A DNA stretch of 64,000 nt from Balanoglossus misakiensis (lineage: Eukaryota > Animalia > Hemichordata), in assembly GCA_040954595.2 (NCBI GenBank), contig CM082585.2, forward strand, positions 262,814-326,813, in the 5' to 3' direction. The notes below the pieces were generated by a model, which had not been told where the DNA came from, made no database searches, and saw nothing but the letters and a program-made list of their open reading frames with translations. Shown piece after piece: positions 49,601-64,000 of this stretch; position 1 is the first letter of the stretch, and each line of letters opens with the position of its first letter. The position numbers were made by a program, and so were the translations under genes.

Positions 49601-52600
49601 TCAATCTGTAACTGTTCCACTTAAATCTTGTAGAGAATTCGTTATTCCAAAACAAAGCCTTGAAACTATACATATTAAGTCTTTTTAGTAAAACATGGCC
49701 CGTTATTTGACCATTCTTTGAATTTCATTTATGATGTAAGAATTTAAATTATTTGCAATATTAATCTATCCCTTACAACATTCCAGCATAACTCTTTCCA
49801 TATTTGTTTTCATTCTGTGACTGTTCCACTTAAATCTTGAAGAGAATTCGTTATTCCAAAACAAAGCCTTGAAACTATACATAAGTCTTTTTCTAAAACA
49901 TGGCCCGTTATGTGACCATTCTTTGAATTCTATTTATGATGGAAGAAATTAAATTATTTGCAATATTAATCTATCCCTTACAACATTCCAGCATATCTCT
50001 TTCCATATTTGTTTTCATTCTGTGACTGTTCCACTTAAATCTTGTAGAGAATTCGTTATTCCAAAACAAAGCCTTGAAACTATTCATAAGTCTTTTTAGT
50101 AAAACATATCCAGTTATGTGACCATTCTTTGAATTCATTTTATGATGTAAGAAATTAAATTATTTGCAATATTAATCTATCCCTTACAACATTCCAGCAT
50201 ATCTCTTTCCATATTTGTTTTCATTCTGTGACTGTTCCACTTAAATCTTGTAGAGAATTCGTTATTCCATAACAAAGCCTTGAAACTATAACATAAGTCT
50301 TTTTAGTAAAACATATCCAGTTATGTGACCATTCTTTGAATTCATTTTATGATGTAAGAAATTAAATTATTTGCAATATTAATCTATCCCTTACAACATT
50401 CCAGCATAAATATTTGAATATTTGTTTTCATTCTGTAACTGTTCAACTTAAATCTTGGAGAGAATTCGTTATTCCAAAACAAAGCCTTGAAACTATAACA
50501 TAAGTCTTTTTAGTAAAACATATCCAGTTATGTGACCATTCTTTGAATTCCATTTATGATGTAAGAAATTAAATTTTATGCAATATTAATCTATCCCTTA
50601 CAACATTTCAGCATAACTCTTTCCATATTTGTTTTCATTCTGTGACTGTGCCACTTAAATCTTGTAGAGAATTCGTTATTCCAAAACAAAGCCTTGAAAC
50701 TATACATATCCTGTTACGTGACGTTTCTTTGAATTCCATTTATGATGTAAGAAATTAAATTATTTGCAATATTAATCTATTCCTTACAACATTCCGGCAT
50801 AACTCTTTCCATATTTGTTTTCATTCTGTAACTGTTACACTTAAATCTTGTAGAGAATTCGTTATTCCAAAACAAAGCCTTCAAACTATACATATTAAGT
50901 CTTTATAGTAAAACATGGCCCGTTATTTGACCATTCTTTGAATTTCATTTATGATGTAAGAAATTAAATTATTTGCAATATATAACTCTCCCTTACAACA
51001 TTCCAACATAACTCTTTCCATATTTGTTTTCATTATGTAACTGTTCCACTTAAATCGTGTAGAGAATTCGTTATTCCAAAACAAAGCCTTGAAACTATAA
51101 CATAAGTCTTTTTAGTAAAACATATCCAGTTATGTGACCATTCTTTGAATTCATTTTATGATGTAAGAATTTAAATTATTTGCAATATTAATCTATCCCT
51201 TACAACATTCCAGCATAAATATTTGAATATTTGTTTTCATTCTGTAACTTTTCAACTTAAATCTTGTAGAGAATTCGTTATTCCAAAACAAAGCCTTGAA
51301 ACTATACATAAGTCTTTTTGTAAAACATGGCCCGTTATGTGACCATTCTTTGAATTCCATTTATGATGGAAGAAATTAAATTATTTGCAATATTAATCTA
51401 TCCCTTACAACATTCCAGCATATCTCTTTCCATATTTGTTTTCATTCTGTGACTGTTCCACTTAAATCTTGTAGAGAATTCGTTATTCCAAAACAGAGCC
51501 TTGAAACTATAACATAAGTCTTTTTAGTAAAACATATCCAGTTATGTGACCATTCTTTGAATTCATTTTATGATGTAAGAAATTAAATTATTTGCAATAT
51601 TAATCTATCCCTTACAACATTCCAGCATAACTCTTTCCATATTTGTTTTCATTCTGTGACTGTTCCACTTAAATCTTGTAGAGAATTCGTTATTCCAAAA
51701 CAAAGCCTTGAAACTATACATAAGTCTTTTTGTAAAACATGGCCCGTTATGTGAACATTCTTTGAATTCCATTTATGATGTAAGAAATTAAATTATTTGC
51801 AATATTAATCTATCCCTTACAACATTCCGGCATAACGCTTTCCATATTTGTTGTCATTCTGTGACAGTTCAACTTAAATCTTGTAGAGAATTCGTTATTT
51901 CAAAACAAAGCCTTCAAACTATACATATTAAGTCTTTTTAGTAAAACATGGCCCGTTATTTGACCATTCTTTGAATTTCATTTATGATGTAAGAAATTAA
52001 ATTATTTGCAATATATAACTATCCCTTACAACATTCCAACATAACTCTTTCCATATTAGTTTTCAATCTGTAACTGTTCCACTTAAATCTTGTAGAGAAT
52101 TCGTTATTCCAAAACAAAGCCTTGAAACTATACATATTAAGTCTTTTTAGTAAAACATGGCCCGTTATTTGACCATTCTTTGAATTTCATTTATGATGTA
52201 AGAATTTAAATTATTTGCAATATTAATCTATCCCTTACAACATTCCAGCATAACTCTTTCCATATTTGTTTTCATTCTGTGACTGTTCCACTTAAATCTT
52301 GAAGAGAATTCGTTATTCCAAAACAAAGCCTTGAAACTATACATAAGTCTTTTTCTAAAACATGGCCCGTTATGTGACCATTCTTTGAATTCTATTTATG
52401 ATGGAAGAAATTAAATTATTTGCAATATTAATCTATCCCTTACAACATTCCAGCATATCTCTTTCCATATTTGTTTTCATTCTGTGACTGTTCCACTTAA
52501 ATCTTGTAGAGAATTCGTTATTCCAAAACAAAGCCTTGAAACTATTCATAAGTCTTTTTAGTAAAACATATCCAGTTATGTGACCATTCTTTGAATTCAT

Positions 52601-55600
52601 TTTATGATGTAAGAAATTAAATTATTTGCAATATTAATCTATCCCTTACAACATTCCAGCATATCTCTTTCCATATTTGTTTTCATTCTGTGACTGTTCC
52701 ACTTAAATCTTGTAGAGAATTCGTTATTCCATAACAAAGCCTTGAAACTATAACATAAGTCTTTTTAGTAAAACATATCCAGTTATGTGACCATTCTTTG
52801 AATTCATTTTATGATGTAAGAAATTAAATTATTTGCAATATTAATCTATCCCTTACAACATTCCAGCATAAATATTTGAATATTTGTTTTCATTCTGTAA
52901 CTGTTCAACTTAAATCTTGGAGAGAATTCGTTATTCCAAAGCAAAGCCTTGAAACTATACATAAGTCTTTTTAGTAAAACATGGCCCGTTATGTGACCAT
53001 TCTTTGAATTCCATTTATGATGGAAGAAATTAAATTATTTGCAATATTAATCTATCCCTTACAACATTCCAGCATATCTCTTTCCATATTTGTTTTCATT
53101 CTGTGACTGTTCCACTTAAATCTTGTAGAGAATTCGTTATTCCAAAACAGAGCCTTGAAACTATAACATAAGTCTTTTTAGTAAAACATATCCAGTTATG
53201 TGACCATTCTTTGAATTCATTTTATGATGTAAGAAATTAAATTATTTGCAATATTAATCTATCCCTTACAACATTCCAGCATAACTCTTTCCATATTTGT
53301 TTTCATTCTGTGACTGTTCCACTTAAATCTTGTAGAGAATTCGTTATTCCAAAACAAAGCCTTGAAACTATACATAAGTCTTTTTGTAAAACATGGCCCG
53401 TTATGTGAACATTCTTTGAATTCCATTTATGATGTAAGAAATTAAATTATTTGCAATATTAATCTATCCCTTACAACATTCCGGCATAACGCTTTCCATA
53501 TTTGTTTTCATTCTGTGACAGTTCAACTTAAATCTTGTAGAGAATTCGTTATTTCAAAACAAAGCCTTCAAACTATACATATTAAGTCTTTTTAGTAAAA
53601 CATGGCCCGTTATTTGACCATTCTTTGAATTTCATTTATGATGTAAGAAATTAAATTATTTGCAATATATAACTATCCCTTACAACATTCCAACATAACT
53701 CTTTCCATATTAGTTTTCAATCTGTAACTGTTCCACTTAAATCTTGTAGAGAATTCGTTATTCCAAAACAAAGCCTTGAAACTATACATAAGTCTTTTTC
53801 TAAAACATGGCCCGTTATGTGACCATTCTTTGAATTCTATTTATGATGGAAGAAATTAAATTATTTGCAATATTAATCTATCCCTTACAACATTCCAGCA
53901 TATCTCTTTCCATATTTGTTTTCATTCTGTGACTGTTCCACTTAAATCTTGTAGAGAATTCGTTATTCCAAAACAAAGCCTTGAAACTATTCATAAGTCT
54001 TTTTAGTAAAACATATCCAGTTATGTGACCATTCTTTGAATTCATTTTATGATGTAAGAAATTAAATTATTTGCAATATTAATCTATCCCTTACAACATT
54101 CCAGCATATCTCTTTCCATATTTGTTTTCATTCTGTGACTGTTCCACTTAAATCTTGTAGAGAATTCGTTATTCCATAACAAAGCCTTGAAACTATAACA
54201 TAAGTCTTTTTAGTAAAACATATCCAGTTATGTGACCATTCTTTGAATTCATTTTATGATGTAAGAAATTAAATTATTTGCAATATTAATCTATCCCTTA
54301 CAACATTCCAGCATATCTCTTTCCATATTTGTTTTCATTCTGTGACTGTTCCACTTAAATCTTGTAGAGAATTCGTTATTCCAAAACAAAGCCTTGAAAC
54401 TATAACATAAGTCTTTTTAGTAAAACATATCCAGTTATGTGACCATTCTTTGAATTCCATTTATGATGTAAGAAATTAAATTATTTGCAATATTAATCTA
54501 TCCCTTACAACATTCCAGCATATCTCTTTCCATATTTGTTTTCATTCTGTGACTGTTCCACTTAAATCTTGTAGAGAATTCGTTATTCCAAAACAAAGCC
54601 TTGAAACTATTCATAAGTCTTTTTAGTAAAACATATCCAGTTATGTGACCATTCTTTGAATTCATTTTATGATGTAAGAAATTAAATTATTTGCAATATT
54701 AATCTATCCCTTACAACATTCCAGCATATCTCTTTCCATATTTGTTTTCATTCTGTGACTGTTCCACTTAAATCTTGTAGAGAATTCGTTATTCCATAAC
54801 AAAGCCTTGAAACTATAACATAAGTCTTTTTAGTAAAACATATCCAGTTATGTGACCATTCTTTGAATTCATTTTATGATGTAAGAAATTAAATTATTTG
54901 CAATATTAATCTATCCCTTACAACATTCCAGCATATCTCTTTCCATATTTGTTTTCATTCTGTGACTGTTCCACTTAAATCTTGTAGAGAATTCGTTATT
55001 CCAAAACAAAGCCTTGAAACTATAACATAAGTCTTTTTAGTAAAACATATCCAGTTATGTGACCATTCTTTGAATTCCATTTATGATGTAAGAAATTAAA
55101 TTTTATGCAATATTAATCTATCCCTTACAACATTTCAGCATAACTCTTTCCATATTTGTTTTCATTCTGTGACTGTGCCACTTAAATCTTGTAGAGAATT
55201 CGTTATTCCAAAACAAAGCCTTGAAACTATACATATCCTGTTACGTGACGTTTCTTTGAATTCCATTTATGATGTAAGAAATTAAATTATTTGCAATATT
55301 AATCTATTCCTTACAACATTCCGGCATAACTCTTTCCATATTTGTTTTCATTCTGTAACTGTTACACTTAAATCTTGTAGAGAATTCGTTATTCCAAAAC
55401 AAAGCCTTCAAACTATACATATTAAGTCTTTATAGTAAAACATGGCCCGTTATTTGACCATTCTTTGAATTTCATTTATGATGTAAGAAATTAAATTATT
55501 TGCAATATATAACTCTCCCTTACAACATTCCAACATAACTCTTTCCATATTTGTTTTCATTATGTAACTGTTCCACTTAAATCGTGTAGAGAATTCGTTA

Positions 55601-58600
55601 TTCCAAAACAAAGCCTTGAAACTATAACATAAGTCTTTTTAGTAAAACATATCCAGTTATGTGACCATTCTTTGAATTCATTTTATGATGTAAGAATTTA
55701 AATTATTTGCAATATTAATCTATCCCTTACAACATTCCAGCATAAATATTTGAATATTTGTTTTCATTCTGTAACTTTTCAACTTAAATCTTGTAGAGAA
55801 TTCGTTATTCCAAAACAAAGCCTTGAAACTATACATAAGTCTTTTTGTAAAACATGGCCCGTTATGTGACCATTCTTTGAATTCCATTTATGATGGAAGA
55901 AATTAAATTATTTGCAATATTAATCTATCCCTTACAACATTCCAGCATATCTCTTTCCATATTTGTTTTCATTCTGTGACTGTTCCACTTAAATCTTGTA
56001 GAGAATTCGTTATTCCAAAACAGAGCCTTGAAACTATAACATAAGTCTTTTTAGTAAAACATATCCAGTTATGTGACCATTCTTTGAATTCATTTTATGA
56101 TGTAAGAAATTAAATTATTTGCAATATTAATCTATCCCTTACAACATTCCAGCATAACTCTTTCCATATTTGTTTTCATTCTGTGACTGTTCCACTTAAA
56201 TCTTGTAGAGAATTCGTTATTCCAAAACAAAGCCTTGAAACTATACATAAGTCTTTTTGTAAAACATGGCCCGTTATGTGAACATTCTTTGAATTCCATT
56301 TATGATGTAAGAAATTAAATTATTTGCAATATTAATCTATCCCTTACAACATTCCGGCATAACGCTTTCCATATTTGTTTTCATTCTGTGACAGTTCAAC
56401 TTAAATCTTGTAGAGAATTCGTTATTTCAAAACAAAGCCTTCAAACTATACATATTAAGTCTTTTTAGTAAAACATGGCCCGTTATTTGACCATTCTTTG
56501 AATTTCATTTATGATGTAAGAAATTAAATTATTTGCAATATATAACTATCCCTTACAACATTCCAACATAACTCTTTCCATATTAGTTCTCAATCTGTAA
56601 CTGTTCCACTTAAATCTTGTAGAGAATTCGTTATTCCAAAACAAAGCCTTGAAACTATACATATTAAGTCTTTGTAGTAAAACATGGCCCGTTATTTGAC
56701 CATTCTTTGAATTTCATTTATGATGTAAGAATTTAAATTATTTGCAATATTAATCTATCCCTTACAACATTCCAGCATAACTCTTTCCATATTTGTTTTC
56801 ATTCTGTGACTGTTCCACTTAAATCTTGAAGAGAATTCGTTATTCCAAAACAAAGCCTTGAAACTATACATAAGTCTTTTTCTAAAACATGGCCCGTTAT
56901 GTGACCATTCTTTGAATTCTATTTATGATGGAAGAAATTAAATTATTTGCAATATTAATCTATCCCTTACAACATTCCAGCATATCTCTTTCCATATTTG
57001 TTTTCATTCTGTGACTGTTCCACTTAAATCTTGTAGAGAATTCGTTATTCCAAAACAAAGCCTTGAAACTATTCATAAGTCTTTTTAGTAAAACATATCC
57101 AGTTATGTGACCATTCTTTGAATTCATTTTATGATGTAAGAAATTAAATTATTTGCAATATTAATCTATCCCTTACAACATTCCAGCATATCTCTTTCCA
57201 TATTTGTTTTCATTCTGTGACTGTTCCACTTAAATCTTGTAGAGAATTCGTTATTCCATAACAAAGCCTTGAAACTATAACATAAGTCTTTTTAGTAAAA
57301 CATATCCAGTTATGTGACCATTCTTTGAATTCATTTTATGATGTAAGAAATTAAATTATTTGCAATATTAATCTATCCCTTACAACATTCCAGCATAAAT
57401 ATTTGAATATTTGTTTTCATTCTGTAACTGTTCAACTTAAATCTTGGAGAGAATTCGTTATTCCAAAGCAAAGCCTTGAAACTATACATAAGTCTTTTTA
57501 GTAAAACATGGCCCGTTATGTGACCATTCTTTGAATTCCATTTATGATGGAAGAAATTAAATTATTTGCAATATTAATCTATCCCTTACAACATTCCAGC
57601 ATATCTCTTTCCATATTTGTTTTCATTCTGTGACTGTTCCACTTAAATCTTGTAGAGAATTCGTTATTCCAAAACAGAGCCTTGAAACTATAACATAAGT
57701 CTTTTTAGTAAAACATATCCAGTTATGTGACCATTCTTTGAATTCATTTTATGATGTAAGAAATTAAATTATTTGCAATATTAATCTATCCCTTACAACA
57801 TTCCAGCATAACTCTTTCCATATTTGTTTTCATTCTGTGACTGTTCCACTTAAATCTTGTAGAGAATTCGTTATTCCAAAACAAAGCCTTGAAACTATAC
57901 ATAAGTCTTTTTGTAAAACATGGCCCGTTATGTGAACATTCTTTGAATTCCATTTATGATGTAAGAAATTAAATTATTTGCAATATTAATCTATCCCTTA
58001 CAACATTCCGGCATAACGCTTTCCATATTTGTTTTCATTCTGTGACAGTTCAACTTAAATCTTGTAGAGAATTCGTTATTTCAAAACAAAGCCTTCAAAC
58101 TATACATATTAAGTCTTTTTAGTAAAACATGGCCCGTTATTTGACCATTCTTTGAATTTCATTTATGATGTAAGAAATTAAATTATTTGCAATATATAAC
58201 TATCCCTTACAACATTCCAACATAACTCTTTCCATATTTGTTTTCATTCTGTGACTGTTCCACTTAAATCTTGAAGAGAATTCGTTATTCCAAAACAAAG
58301 CCTTGAAACTATACATAAGTCTTTTTGTAAAACATGGCCCGTTATGTGACCATTCTTTGAATTCTATTTATGATGGAAGAAGTTAAATTATTTGCAATAT
58401 TAATCTATCCCTTACAACATTCCAGCATATCTCTTTCCATATTTGTTTTCATTCTGTGACTGTTCCACTTAAATCTTGTAGAGAATTCGTTATTCCAAAA
58501 CAAAGCCTTGAAACTATACATAAGTCTTTTTAGTAAAACATATCCAGTTATGTGACCATTCTTTGAATTCATTTTATGATGTAAGAAATTAAATTATTTG

Positions 58601-61600
58601 CAATATTAATCTATCCCTTACAACATTCCAGCATATCTCTTTCCATATTTGTTTTCATTCTGTGACTGTTCCACTTAAATCTTGTAGAGAATTCGTTATT
58701 CCATAACAAAGCCTTGAAACTATAACATAAGTCTTTTTAGTAAAACATATCCAGTTATGTGACCATTCTTTGAATTCATTTTATGATGTAAGAAATTAAA
58801 TTATTTGCAATATTAATCTATCCCTTACAACATTCCAGCATAAATATTTGAATATTTGTTTTCATTCTGTAACTGTTCAACTTAAATCTTGGAGAGAATT
58901 CGTTATTCCAAAGCAAAGCCTTGAAACTATACATAAGTCTTTTTAGTAAAACATGGCCCGTTATGTGACCATTCTTTGAATTCCATTTATGATGTAAGAA
59001 ATTAAATTATTTGCAATATTAATCTATCCCTTACAACATTCCAGCATAACTCTTTCCATATTTGTTTTCATTCTGTGACTGTTCCACTTAAATCTTGTAG
59101 AGAATTCGTTATTCCAAAACGAAGCCTTGAAACTATGCATAAGTCTTTTTAGTAAAACATATCCTGTTATGTGACCATTCTTTGAATTCATTTTATGATG
59201 TAAGAAATTAAATTATTTGCATTATTAATCTATTCCTTACAACATTCCGGCATAACTCTTTCCATATTTGTTTTCATTCTGTGACTGTTCCACTTAAATC
59301 TTGTAGAGAATTCGTTATTCCAAAACAAAGCCTTGAAACTATAACATAAGTCTTTTTAGTAAAACATATCCCGTTATGTGACCATTCTTTGAATTAATTT
59401 TATCATCTAAGTAATTAAATTATTTGCAATATTAATCTATCCCTTACAACATTCCAGCATAACTCTTTCCATATTTGTTTTCATTCTGTGACTGTTCCAC
59501 TTAAATCCTGTAGAGAATTCGTTATTCCAAAACAAAGCCTTGAAACTATACATATCCTGTTACGTGACGATTCTTTGAATTCCATTTATGATGTAAGAAA
59601 TTAAATTATTTGCAATATTAATCTATTCCTTACAACATTCTGGCATAACTCTTTCCATATTTGTTTTCATTCTGTGACTGTTCCACTTAAATCTTGTAGA
59701 GAGTTCGTTATTCCAAAACAAAGCCTTGAAACTATAACATAAGTCTTTTTAGTAAAACATATCCTGTTATGTGACCATTCTGTGAATTCCATTTATGATG
59801 TAAGAAATTAAATTATTTGCAATATTAATCTATCCCTTACAACATTCCGGCATAACTCTTTCCATATTTGTTTTCATTCTGTAACTGTTACACTTAAATC
59901 TTGTAGAGAATTCGTTATTCCAAAACAAAGCCTTCAAACTATACATATTAAGTCTTTATAGTAAAACATGGCCCGTTATTTGACCATTCTTTGAATTTCA
60001 TTGATGATGTAAGAAATTAAATTATTTGCAATATATAACTATCCCATACAACATTCCAACATAACTCTTTCCATATTTGTTTTCATTCTGTAACTGTTCC
60101 ACTTAAATCGTGTAGAGAATTCGTTATTCCAAAACAAAGCCTTGAAACTATAACATAAGTCTTTTTAGTAAAACATATCCAGTTATGTGACCATTCTTTG
60201 AATTCATTTTATGATGTAAGAAATTAAATTATTTGCAATATTAATCTATCCCTTATAACATTCCAGCATAACTCATTCCATATTTGTTTTCATTCTGTGA
60301 CTGTTCCACTTAAATCTTGTAGAGAATTCGTTATTCCAAAACAAAGCCTTGAAACTATACATAAGTCTTTTTGAAAAACATGGCCCGTTATGTGAACATT
60401 CTTTGAATTCCATTTATGATGTAAGAAATTAAAATATTTGCAATATTAATCTATCCCTTACAACATTCCGGCATAACGCTTTCCATATTTGTTTTCATTC
60501 TGTGACAGTTCAACTTAAATCTTGTAGAGAATTCGTTATTCCATAACAAAGCCTTGAAACTATAACATAAGTCTTTTTAGTAAAACATATCCAGTTATGT
60601 GACCATTCTTTGAATTCATTTTATGATGTAAGAAATTAAATTATTTGCAATATTAATCTATCCCTTACAACATTCCAGCATAAATATTTGAATATTTGTT
60701 TTCATTCTGTAACTGTTCAACTTAAATCTTGGAGAGAATTCGTTATTCCAAAGCAAAGCCTTGAAACTATACATAAGTCTTTTTAGTAAAACATGGCCCG
60801 TTATGTGACCATTCTTTGAATTCCATTTATGATGTAAGAAATTAAATTATTTGCAATATTAATCTATCCCTTACAACATTCCAGCATAACTCTTTCCATA
60901 TTTGTTTTCATTCTGTGACTGTTCCACTTAAATCTTGTAGAGAATTCGTTATTCCAAAACGAAGCCTTGAAACTATGCATAAGTCTTTTTAGTAAAACAT
61001 ATCCTGTTATGTGACCATTCTTTGAATTCATTTTATGATGTAAGAAATTAAATTATTTGCATTATTAATCTATTCCTTACAACATTCCGGCATAACTCTT
61101 TCCATATTTGTTTTCATTCTGTGACTGTTCCACTTAAATCTTGTAGAGAATTCGTTATTCCAAAACAAAGCCTTGAAACTATAACATAAGTCTTTTTAGT
61201 AAAACATATCCCGTTATGTGACCATTCTTTGAATTAATTTTATCATCTAAGTAATTAAATTATTTGCAATATTAATCTATCCCTTACAACATTCCAGCAT
61301 AACTCTTTCCATATTTGTTTTCATTCTGTGACTGTTCCACTTAAATCCTGTAGAGAATTCGTTATTCCAAAACAAAGCCTTGAAACTATACATATCCTGT
61401 TACGTGACGATTCTTTGAATTCCATTTATGATGTAAGAAATTAAATTATTTGCAATATTAATCTATTCCTTACAACATTCTGGCATAACTCTTTCCATAT
61501 TTGTTTTCATTCTGTGACTGTTCCACTTAAATCTTGTAGAGAGTTCGTTATTCCAAAACAAAGCCTTGAAACTATAACATAAGTCTTTTTAGTAAAACAT

Positions 61601-64000
61601 ATCCTGTTATGTGACCATTCTGTGAATTCCATTTATGATGTAAGAAATTAAATTATTTGCAATATTAATCTATCCCTTACAACATTCCGGCATAACTCTT
61701 TCCATATTTGTTTTCATTCTGTAACTGTTACACTTAAATCTTGTAGAGAATTCGTTATTCCAAAACAAAGCCTTCAAACTATACATATTAAGTCTTTATA
61801 GTAAAACATGGCCCGTTATTTGACCATTCTTTGAATTTCATTGATGATGTAAGAAATTAAATTATTTGCAATATATAACTATCCCATACAACATTCCAAC
61901 ATAACTCTTTCCATATTTGTTTTCATTCTGTAACTGTTCCACTTAAATCGTGTAGAGAATTCGTTATTCCAAAACAAAGCCTTGAAACTATAACATAAGT
62001 CTTTTTAGTAAAACATATCCAGTTATGTGACCATTCTTTGAATTCATTTTATGATGTAAGAAATTAAATTATTTGCAATATTAATCTATCCCTTATAACA
62101 TTCCAGCATAACTCATTCCATATTTGTTTTCATTCTGTGACTGTTCCACTTAAATCTTGTAGAGAATTCGTTATTCCAAAACAAAGCCTTGAAACTATAC
62201 ATAAGTCTTTTTGAAAAACATGGCCCGTTATGTGAACATTCTTTGAATTCCATTTATGATGTAAGAAATTAAAATATTTGCAATATTAATCTATCCCTTA
62301 CAACATTCCGGCATAACGCTTTCCATATTTGTTTTCATTCTGTGACAGTTCAACTTAAATCTTGTAGAGAATTCGTTATTTCAAAACAAAGCCTTCAAAC
62401 TATACATATTAAGTCTTTTTAGTAAAACATGGCCCGTTATTTGACCATTCTTTGTATTTCATTTATGATGTAAGAAATTAAATTATTTGCAATATATAAC
62501 TATCCCTTACAACATTCCAACATAACTCTTTCCATATTAGTTTTCAATCTGTAACTGTTCCACTTAAATCTTGTAGAGAATTCGTTATTCCAAAACAAAG
62601 CCTTGAAACTATACATATTAAGTCTTTTTAGTAAAACATGGCCCGTTATTTGACCATTCTTTGAATTTCATTTATGATGTAAGAATTTAAATTATTTGCA
62701 ATATTAATCTATCCCTTACAACATTCCAGCATAACTCTTTCCATATTTGTTTTCATTCTGTGACTGTTCCACTTAAATCTTGAAGAGAATTCGTTATTCC
62801 AAAACAAAGTCTTGAAACTATACATAAGTCTTTTTGTAAAACATGGCCCGTTATGTGACCATTCTTTGAATTCTATTTATGATGGAAGAAATTAAATTAT
62901 TTGCAATATTAATCTATCCCTTACAACATTCCAGCATATCTCTTTCCATATTTGTTTTCATTCTGTGACTGTTCCACTTAAATCTTGTAGAGAATTCGTT
63001 ATTCCAAAACAAAGCCTTGAAACTATACATAAGTCTTTTTAGTAAAACATATCCAGTTATGTGACCATTCTTTGAATTCATTTTATGATGTAAGAAATTA
63101 AATTATTTGCAATATTAATCTATCCCTTACAACATTCCAGCATATCTCTTTCCATATTTGTTTTCATTCTGTGACTGTTCCACTTAAATCTTGTAGAGAA
63201 TTCGTTATTCCATAACAAAGCCTTGAAACTAAAACATAAGTCTTTTTAGTAAAACATATCCAGTTATGTGACCATTCTTTGAATTCATTTTATGATGTAA
63301 GAAATTAAATTATTTGCAATATTAATCTATCCCTTACAACATTCCAGCATAAATATTTGAATATTTGTTTTCATTCTGTAACTGTTCAACTTAAATCTTG
63401 GAGAGAATTCGTTATTCCAAAGCAAAGCCTTGAAACTATACATAAGTCTTTTTAGTAAAACATGGCCCGTTATGTGACCATTCTTTGAATTCCATTTATG
63501 ATCTAAGTAATTAAATTATTTGCAATATTAATCTATCCCTTACAACATTCCAGCATAACTCTTTCCATATTTGTTTTCATTCTGTGACTGTTCCACTTAA
63601 ATCCTGTAGAGAATTCATTATTCCAAAACAAAGCCTTGAAACTATACATATCCTGTTACGTGACGATTCTTTGAATTCCATTTATGATGTAAGAAATTAA
63701 ATTATTTGCAATATTAATCTATTCCTTACAACATTCTGGCATAACTCTTTCCATATTTGTTTTCATTCTGTGACTGTTCCACTTAAATCTTGTAGAGAGT
63801 TCGTTATTCCAAAACAAAGCCTTGAAACTATAACATAAGTCTTTTTAGTAAAACATATCCTGTTATGTGACCATTCTGTGAATTCCATTTATGATGTAAG
63901 AAATTAAATTATTTGCAATATTAATCTATCCCTTACAACATTCCGGCATAACTCTTTCCATATTTGTTTTCATTCTGTAACTGTTACACTTAAATCTTGT
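43642..64000. repeat. AT-rich satellite DNA, ~206-bp monomer (about 99 copies), with higher-order repeats; runs off the window
   Basis: Monomer attctgtgactgttccacttaaatcttgtagagaattcg...ccatatttgttttc (45301 to 45506 = 205 bp). A ~186-bp deletion variant marks positions 45781, 48243, 50705, 55232, 59551, 61391 and 63647. Confidence 0.97.

Noticed and set aside
43642-64000. CRISPR-like array, or CENP-B box (ttcgttattcc...) in the satellite
   Set aside because: Monomers are contiguous with no unique spacers and no cas genes. TTCG is present but the CGGG half of the CENP-B box is absent.
1-64000. tRNA, rRNA, or prokaryotic/viral genes
   Set aside because: None recognised by eye. The BEL primer-binding site is deleted. 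A tRNAscan/Infernal run would be needed to exclude small RNAs.

Overview
AT-rich animal genomic DNA, probably from a marine invertebrate (inferred from the TE families and GT-AG introns). It shows a transition from a nested transposon region (1-43.6 kb) into a homogeneous ~206-bp satellite array with higher-order repeats (43.6-64 kb), suggesting a pericentromeric or heterochromatic edge. Identifiable elements: a near-intact CR1 LINE, a decayed full-length RTE-X-like LINE, a gag-deleted BEL/Pao LTR retrotransposon, a 5'-truncated third LINE, several MITEs (PIF/Harbinger-, Kolobok- and P-type), Helentron-associated (HINE/pearl-like) repeats, and a ~4.9-kb segment present 2.2 times in tandem. Two spliced minus-strand genes are not evident from the ORF track. 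One is an in-frame gene for a divergent USP (peptidase C19)-like deubiquitinase that runs off the left edge. The other is a multi-exon CACTA/EnSpm-Plavaka-like DDE transposase pseudogene whose halves are circularly permuted around MITE copies. Further oddities: a hairpin-bounded ~180-bp cassette in opposite orientation in the two LTRs of the BEL element, and a LINE combining a 2A-like motif with an in-frame ORF1-TAG-ORF2 junction. All family assignments come from motif recognition by eye; no database search was run.
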